DNA from: an uncultured virus (IMG/VR IMGVR_UViG_3300031234_000003)
Lineage: Duplodnaviria; Heunggongvirae; Uroviricota; Caudoviricetes
Length of the DNA stretch: 64,000 nucleotides
Direction: 5' to 3' (one strand)
IMG/VR virus record: IMGVR_UViG_3300031234_000003
A program made the position numbers and the translations under genes. The number at the start of each line of letters is the position of its first letter. Position 1 is the stretch's first letter. Positions 52,326-61,300 of the stretch are shown here, one piece after another. The notes under the pieces were generated by a model that was given only the letters and a program-made list of their open reading frames with translations, was not told where the DNA came from and did no database searches.

Positions 52326-55300
52326 CCTCAATGGGGGCGTTGTAGACAACGCTCCCATAAATTCTCAGGCTGTCTTGCCACGTACCCTTGCAGTTCTGCC
52401 ATTCCTCATACAACTCATCTTCACTACGACCAAGCGTGTAGGTCAGAGGCTCAGCAACCGAGTTCTGGTCGGCCTCCAGCAACGCGGGGTTGAATGCACT
52501 GAGTGGTAACTTGATAACCTTGTATTCTTCCTCGGGTCCAATCTCTTCGGCAGCGGTCTCAGCGTAATACTCGGCGATCTCAGCGGTGCCCCACCAGCTA
52601 GGCTCAGGCAGTACGCCGCCAGCACTCATGGCTCGATTGTAGTCCGTCATGCTCATGCCGTGGTAAAGGAACCCATCAGCCGCAGCGGTCACATAGCTTC
52701 GGGCTGGCTGTGCGTTGGGCGGGGTTGCTTCCTTCGCGTTGCAGGTATTCATCACAAACCACTCGGACTGCATACCCGGATAGTTGCTTTCATCGGGGTG
52801 CGTTCGATTACGCCAAAGAACGATATCCTCCAGAGCGATACCTTGAATCTTGCCCACGGTCTGCCACACGATGCCCCGATGTCCGCCCGAGAATCCCTTG
52901 GCGGTGTCGTAAGCTGCCGACCAAGACAACAGGTCTCGAAGATGTGGCTCCCACTTGGCGGGCTCGCGGTCGTCGCCCATGCGAATCTCTTCCCCACGAT
53001 AGAGGCACTTTCGAGTAGTCGGCGGTACGAATGGCGTGAGTGATTTGACCAACTCAACCACTCGACCGGATGCCGCTGGGTTGTCCTCAAAGGCGTCGGC
53101 ACACTGCACGTATTGACCGAAGTAGCCGTACAGCGCATCGTCCATGGCGATAGTGTAGCAAACCTTGTCGTACTTGCTACGAGGAAGATCGGCAGCGGTC
53201 ACGGATCGGCCTAACGCTGGGAGTTCGACCTGAGCCTTGGGCTTGAGGCGGACTTCCTTCTCTTCGGGGAGAGTGACCCATGCCCTGAAGGTGTTAAGCC
53301 AGTCCACAGCGTTCGCTTTGATCTTACCCTCGAAGACCTCGATGCGGTGTTGATCGGGGTAGTCGATGTACTTATCTTCCGCAAAGTTCTCGGCAAACTT
53401 CCTATCCAAAGACCATGACCAACCGAAGGTGCTGTAGTCAATGTCATGACGCTCGTTGAAAACAGCCATGCCGCGATACACCGTGAGCGGGAACTTTTGG
53501 GATTTCCAGAACGCCAACGCCTGATCGTACCAGCGTTTGCTTTCCTCGTCGCTGCCAAACATGAATTCGTCATCAGCCAAGGTGGATTCGTCCATCACCT
53601 GCTCGAAGGTTGGGAAGGCTGCCCCGAACTTCTCACCGGGCTTCCTGCCCTCGGTAGGGACGTAATCGTACTTGTGCATACCCGTGATCTTGACCTTACC
53701 CAGATCGGCTGTAGGTACGAAGAACCCATCCTCCTTCTGGTCGGTGGTGATTGCCACGCCTTCGGGAACCTGTACTTCAATGATTGCCATCTGAGGTATT
53801 TGCTTCTTGTTTTCTTCCCACGAATTCTCTGGCTGCATGTTGCGTGTGAAGAGTTGACCCTCAGCGTAGGCGGCGTAAGCCTCGGAGTATTTCAAATCGT
53901 CGTAAAAGTAGATGCCGTCGCGTCCCTGCGGAGCGTAGTAGTTCTTCCACATACCTTGATCCACGGGCTTGAAGCCGTGAGCTTTGATGTCTTTGGCAAT
54001 AGGCACTGTCGTGACGTGATAGAGCTTGAGGGCTCGGGCTGGTGTGGCTGCGGTCAACGCCTTTGCTTTACCGCCGCCGATCCTAATCTGGTCGGCTGAA
54101 AACACGCAATAGCTATACTTGCCGTTGTACTCATCCACCATGGTGCTGTCGTAGCCGCGTTCCTTCATGCGGTTGACGGCTTCCTGATTGTCCAAAATGT
54201 TCCAATCGAGGCCGTTCTGCTTCACAATCTCGTTGAGCCAGTTGCCTTCTGGGTCTACATCGATGGCAAAGGCTCCCAGTTCAATCGTCTTGACGGAATT
54301 GCCTTGCAAGTCGGAATAGCCGTCACTCATACATAGCTCGCAGATGTAAGTCAGGTCGGCGATCTGTTTCTTGCTCAGATTGTATTGATCTTCTTGCCGA
54401 ATCAGTGGCTTCTTCATCTTCAAGTAGCAGGTCATGACGTTTGAGCCGAACTCTTTCGCTTCCTCAGGGTCATCGGTGAAGAAGAACCCACCAGCTTGTA
54501 CCTTAATCTCGGAGAAGAGAATGTATCGGGTGCCGGGTTTCTGCTCGAACTTGTCGAATTTCTTATCGGTGCCGTGATACACAGGACCCACTTCACCGCG
54601 AGCAGCGAGCTTTCGGGAGACTTTCCCCCGTGGCTCCTCGTAATCTCGTAGGTCCACGACCTTGCACTTGAGCAAGATGCCGAGCTTCATGGCGGCGTTT
54701 GCGCGGTGGTTGCCGTCGTACAGCCAATCGCCTTCGGTGGTGCGGCACACGAGGGGGTACAACTGCTCCGTGTCACTCAGCCCGACATTGCTGTGCGGCT
54801 TGGTGATCTCCTCGGGGTTGTCCAAGAAATACTGGAGGTCTTTCCGCTTGAGGGTCGCCTGATTCGTCTTCAGATCGGCTGGATGTAATTCTTCAAGTTG
54901 AGCTTCCTCGATCAAACGGTCACGCTCAAACAGACGCATGTGGCGGAAAGTCTCCATCACATCGGGACGTTCGGGGAAGACCTGAAGCATGTTCGGCATA
55001 TCCCCGTCGTCGTCCGAAGCCGTCTTGGGCTTACCGAGAAGCTGCTCGATCTTCTTGCCGTCGCTCTTGAACAAACTGATGAGTCCCGGGTGGAAATCGC
55101 TGGCGTTATCCTTCACCATCTCCTGAATATCTACCCACGTGAACCATTCTAGACCCGTGGTTTCCCAGTGATGTTCGGACTGCGGGGCGAAGCGGAACTC
55201 CGTACCCACGGTGCCGAGGAAGTTGTGATAGGAAAAGCCGCCCTTTGAAAATACGTAAGCTGGGTGCATGGTGATGCCGCCCGTGAAGCCCGTCTCTTCC

Positions 55301-58300
55301 GTTAGTTCGGCCTTGGCACTGTCCGCGAGGCTCATCTTTGGCTTGACCGCTCCACCGATGGTGCCCCAGCAATTGCCGATGTGAACATCGGGTGACCGCC
55401 ACGCGAGACAGATGCGACCAGTGGTGGTGCAGATCGGCAGCACGCCAGACGCGGCGTTACCCTCGCCCGCCCAGAAGCCCTCATTATTGAATCCTTCGGC
55501 GATCTTCATCGACGCCGTTGCACCTTGAGCCTTCGCCCCAACGAAGTCTATGTCGCGGGCATAGACGTTATGGTCGGTGCCGCCCTTCGCCCACTTGATC
55601 TCGTAGAACTTGTCAGCCCCACCGTGATACTGTTGTGCCACATCAGGCGGAATGCTGCGGATGTTCTTGATGACACCCTTCATCCCATCAGCCTTACGAG
55701 TGACCTTGGAGCCGATGTCACCCGGCTTAGACATGGCAGCGTCCACTTCATAGATGTGGCTCGCGTCAAACACACAAATCTGATCGCCGTCGAGCAGCTT
55801 GTACATGCCCTTGCCCTTGAACCATACGGCGTCAAACTGAGCCTTCAGGTGCTCGGTCATCGGCTTGGTCGCTTCCACGCGATTCTTCTTGGCGAGGTCC
55901 GCGTTGTAGCCCTGACTGATCCACCATTTCATCATGGTCTTCGGCACTCCGAAGTTGATGGTCTCCAGCCGTGGCACGTCGAGGTAGTAGGTCTTCATGC
56001 CCCGCGTGGTGCCGCCTGCGAACTGCTTGGCGATAGCCTTGGCGGTCGTGAAGTACACGCCGTAACCCAGATGGTGCACGGGGGCTGGGATGCCGTCATG
56101 GTAGGGTTGGTTACCTTCGTAACCGTGGGCAACGTCGCCCGATCCCGCGTCCCCGATGTAGACCTTGAAGCCCTCGTTCCCGATGTTCTCCTGCTTCTCC
56201 TCGGTGGTGCCATGGTAGACAGGGCCGAACATCTTGCGGTCAACGGCGTCCTGCTGGCTAATGCGGTTCATGGCGGCGAGCTTTGCCACGCCTGCCAGCT
56301 TCTTCATGAAGATGCCTGCGGTGCTGCTGTCGAACCATCGTGGCGGCGGGTCGATCACGTAGGGCTGGAACCCCAGACTGTTGTAGAAGGAGCTTAATTC
56401 CTTCCCAGAGAGCCCTGTGAGCGAATGAGCGAGCAAGAAGCACACTTGGGCACCCTGAGCCTTCGCTGCGTCGAGCACAGCCCCTACAAGCGCCCTGCCG
56501 AGCCCATTACGACGTGTCGCGACCTTGACGCTTACGGTGCCCAAAACGAAGGCTTTGTCGTAAATTCCAGCCCCACCTTTGGGTAAAGTGCTCCAATCAA
56601 ACCACTTAACCAGCCCCTCGCGGTCTTCCATGGTGCCGGAAGCACTTCCATCGACGTGTTTGGCGGTAATTCGCCCGTCTGGTGCCGTGGTGATCTTGAT
56701 TTCTTCCTCAAACCCAGCCGTCTTGACGATCCGCCCACCATCGAAATACTTGATGGCGGTGATGTTCTGCCGAGAGATATCGCCCTCAATGCGACGGTAC
56801 ATGTCGCCTTCCTCGAAATGCTCCGGGTCAGGCTCGCTCTTGCCGTAATCCCAGATGAACTCGATCACGGCGTACTGGTCGCTGTCCGTCACACTCGCAC
56901 CGTATTCCTTCGCCGCGAACTCCGCGATGGCGCACCAGATGTATTTCTTGCCGCCTGTCAGACGGTTGTCGCTCGCTTTCAGACCTTCCTTGTCGATCAG
57001 TTGAGCGGCCTGCCACGAGGTTCCGTGGTAGAAGACCTGAGGATCGTCTTCGTGAGCCGATGCCGCCACGCCCTTAGCCTTGGGCTGACCCTTGCGTGCG
57101 TCCACCACTTCATACTTGCTGCCGTACTTTGTATTCCACTGGCTGAAGAAATCCTGCGGGATGGTGCCCCAGTGTAGAAGCATTCGAACTGGCGATGGGG
57201 TTGCCCGCACTTCAAGGTCCCGAACTTCTACGAGAGCGAGAATGTGGTTTGACCCGCTGAAGCCAATCGGCTCATTGATGCGGGAGGTGTTAATGTTGTA
57301 TGTCTGGCTTCCTTCAGTGTTCGGACGGGCTAGGAGCCGCAATGTACGGGTGACCTTCTCTGCCGCTTCGCGGAACGCCGCCTCTCCCTCGGACGCATCG
57401 GGGAGTATGGTGTTCATGTCGGGGCGTTGTTTCTCCTTAGGGGTGCCGTAGAAGACTTGATCCCATGCCCGAATGTAGGAGTAGTTGTCCTTGACGTGAC
57501 CCGCCGCACGGGTGACGGCACCTAGCCACACGCTGGGTAGGAGCTTCTCAAGCTCAGCCTTCAGTTCGGGATGGAATGGCATCTTACGTTCAGCGAACTT
57601 GGCTTCCCATTGCGTGAAACACTTGCGGACGTAATCTTCCCGCATCACCCTGATCTCATCCTGCCAGTCTTGGGTTGCGCCTTCCTGTGTAGCTGCCAAG
57701 TAGTAGCAGAGAACGTGGAAGGTGTTATCGCTCATGTGCTTGATTGGAGCACCGAGAACCCCCGTAACGTTGTCCTCGTCAAGGTACATGGTGTTCGGCT
57801 GAAGCTCCATGATAACCACGAGCGAGCCGCCGCGAGCCTTTCTATCCTCGGTATCGGGGGCTCCCGCAGCCGTCATGAGGTTCTGTGACACGTAAATGCC
57901 GCCGTAAGATTGACGGCTGGGTGCGGATATCCCAGCATCAGGATCGTCTGCCCAAACCTTTTCCGTACCTTCAGGAACTAACCCCTGACTCATGATGCTT
58001 CGCAGATTCTTGATGCTGGTGCCGTGATACCAGATGGACTTCGGTGCGGCGGTCTTGACTTGACGCACGACCTTGAGCGGTCCCATGTGAGCGGCCTTGC
58101 CACTGAGTTCGATGATTGCACGAGCGAGCTTGGGGTCATTCTTGACGATGTAGTCGGTCAGATACTTCATCTGCTCCGCAAGCTCTGCCGAGCCCTCGAA
58201 CTCGATCTCGCCCCATGCTTTCCACGCTTCCTCGAAGTTTTTGTAGACCGGGAACTTCTCGGGCTCATTGTAGGAAGCATTCTCGTCATTCCATTGCTTG

Positions 58301-61300
58301 AGCCACAAAGCCTTAACTCGCTTGGCTTGGGCGGAACCCTTGGCGTTCAACTCACCACCACGGTCATTGAGGAGTTCGTAAACATCGTCCTCATCGGGCA
58401 GGAGCTTACTGATGTCAGGAGCGGCTACCTCAAGCACGGGTCCGCCGCGCTCGATAGCGTACTGGTTTGCTACGTCGAACTCTGCGATGTATACCGCCCC
58501 GTCACGCGGGATGTCGATGTCGTAGGTGGTCTCCTGATCTGGGCGTAGGTAACCATCCCCCATGATAATCTCGGCATTTTTCGTGGACGTGCCGTGATAC
58601 CACTTCTTCGGCATGGCGGCGGTCACACCGATTGCTTTCGACTCCGCTGGGATCGATAGGGCGTAGTGGGGATATGTCTTTTTGAACAGGTCTACCACGT
58701 CGTTAGGTATCAACTCGTTTGTGGGGGTTGCCAAGGTCACGGTTTTCTGATCCACGTCGATCACCGCGTAGCCCCGTAGTACCTCTTCGTACTTCCGCCC
58801 AGAGGACATGCCCTCACCCATAGTTCTCGCTATCAGTGTTGCATGAGGGCCTATGCTTCCCTTCTGCGAGAACGCGCCATAGTCAGGGTGGTAAATCCAC
58901 TTTTCATTCCGCTTCTCATTCAGGCTGCCGATCTTACTCTTGAACACCTTGAAGTGGTCCGCAGGTAGTGGCTTTGTCAGTACAACCGTGCCGGGGAATG
59001 CCTTCTCGCTAAAGTTCAATTCTCTCTCAATGGTGTCCTCAGTGCCGTCCTCAGGATCAACTTCGAGATACGACATCGGGATGTTACGGACCTCAAGGAT
59101 GGTGTCGCACCCCTTCTCATTGGCGAACCACTGAGCATTCTCAGGGAAGTTCGTGAGATAGAGGTACTGCGGCTGTCCAGCGTTCCCGCCCGATGAGACT
59201 TGATTCGGCCCCCAGCCGTTCTTCATGATGGCTTCAGCGTTCTCGGGGCAGGTGCCATGGTACAGCGTAGGCGCTGTGGTGCCTGCATACTTGACAAACT
59301 GCTTCGGTTCCCAGTAAAGCTTCCAGTGGTCTTCGTACTTGCCGCTCAGTTCGCACAACGACTCACCCGGCTTCTCAACCTTGAGGACGGTGGTCTCTGC
59401 GACAGGCATCTTGTCGAACGTGAAGTAAACCTTCTCGTTCATCAGGACTGGCGGACGGCTTCGGAATGCCCAGAACTCCAGATTGTGCGCGGGCGGCTCG
59501 TCCCAGAAATGACCACGGGTTTCTTTCGGCACTTCGATGAAGAACGCAAACTTGGCGATATCTGACGATTTTCTGACGATACCTGACGATAACGACCAGT
59601 GGGGTTTACGGGGTTCCAACTTCATAATCACGGCTGGAATAGTCGTTTTGCCCATCTTCTTAGCCGCACGGGTGCGGTGATGCCCCTCTTCCAAGTAGTA
59701 TTTCCCCGGCTGGTCTTCGTACTCATCTACGAGGATGGCTTCGAACCACTTCTCCGCTTCCATCTGCGTGTGAATCTCGTCCACACGTCTGTCAGTTGTC
59801 CATTGCTCGCCCTGCGTTTCCACCACATCGGCGACGTTGATGAATTTCTGCTCGATTCCCTTCAGTTTCCGAACGAACGATGCGGGCAGCATGTGTTCCT
59901 TGACTGGATCGGCACTGAAATCAATGTTCCAGCCCTGCCACTCACCTACACCCTGCTCAGACTTGTACTGTACGTTGGCTCGGTTGGGATTAAACATTCC
60001 CATCTTTGCCGACGCAGCGTCCTTACTGGCTTTGAGGCCGTTCTTTAGGATATCGTCGAGGTTCTCCGCTGCCGTGCCGTGGTAGAACTTCGGCATCTTC
60101 CGTGCGGCTTCCTTCTCATCGGAGAACAACGGCGGGTCGAACATCAGAGGGAAGTCCTGTCCGCCGATGCCCTTCTGACCACGCAAAGGCAGGTTCTTGG
60201 ATTCGTCGCCGTATGCCATGACCCTTTTCTGAGCGGGCTTCTTATAGCCTTGCCCGTAATCGATACCAATCAATTGAAGCTCAGCGCCCGACTCAATTGT
60301 GATCTCATTTTCATCTTCGTTGAGCATGTTAGCAAGAAGAGTCGCGTCCCAGTCCACATCGGTTGAGCGTAGTACCTTGGCTTTGAGGATCAAGGTTTGA
60401 GGATGTTTCGGGTGCGGACCACCTTGATCCCACATTGACCCCGAGCCAAAGTACGCATCGGCACTGTTCTCAACCCACGTCCAATAGACGCCCGCCTTTT
60501 CCAAATTCGGTTGCGTGCCCTGCTCAACTTGAACCGCACGATAGATCGTGATGGGGAAGTCCACTGTGCTGAAGTGGGCGACATTCTCGTCGTAGCGGTA
60601 CTCAGCCTCGTTGAAATCGTCTGGCTGGTACATCGGATTCGCGTCACACCAGTTGTCGAACGGCATGGGCTTGAAGTTCTGCGCTGCCGCACGGACTGTG
60701 CGAAGGTTCTTTGGCGGATTCTTCCACGCCTTCTCACCTTTGTATTTGTAGCCCGTGATCTGGATTTCTTCACCCGGATGAATGTTGATCTCCCGCTCAT
60801 CGGCTGCCACGAGGTTCACGTAGGCAGTGCGAATCCAGTCGATCTGCTTGGGCGAACTCACGACGCCACGCAGGATTACGATGTGCGGGTGCCCAGCAGC
60901 GAGTTCTTCGTGCACATAGGCGTTATTCTCGTCGTAGGACCAATAGATGCCAGTCCCCTTCTCCGCGTATTGACCCTTGTTGATTTCCTTAAGGCTCACC
61001 GAGCCCAGCCCACGGTAAACCGTGAGGGGGAACTTCAGGGATTGAAGGCGATTCATAGTGATTTCCCATGTCGCCCCGAGCCACTCCCAGCCGATCTTGT
61101 CGAGCCACACTTCCTGCTCAGCCTCGGGCATCTTCTCCCAATCCTTGCCTTCGGCTTTCGCACGTCCAGCGGCTTCGGACCTGATCTTATCCCAATCGCC
61201 CTGTGCCTCGCTGAGGCTACCACCCCAAGCAACCACGTCCTGTAAATCAAGATCGTACACGCTGCCCGCTCCCGTCTTGAACAGGTCGGGTGAAAGCGAT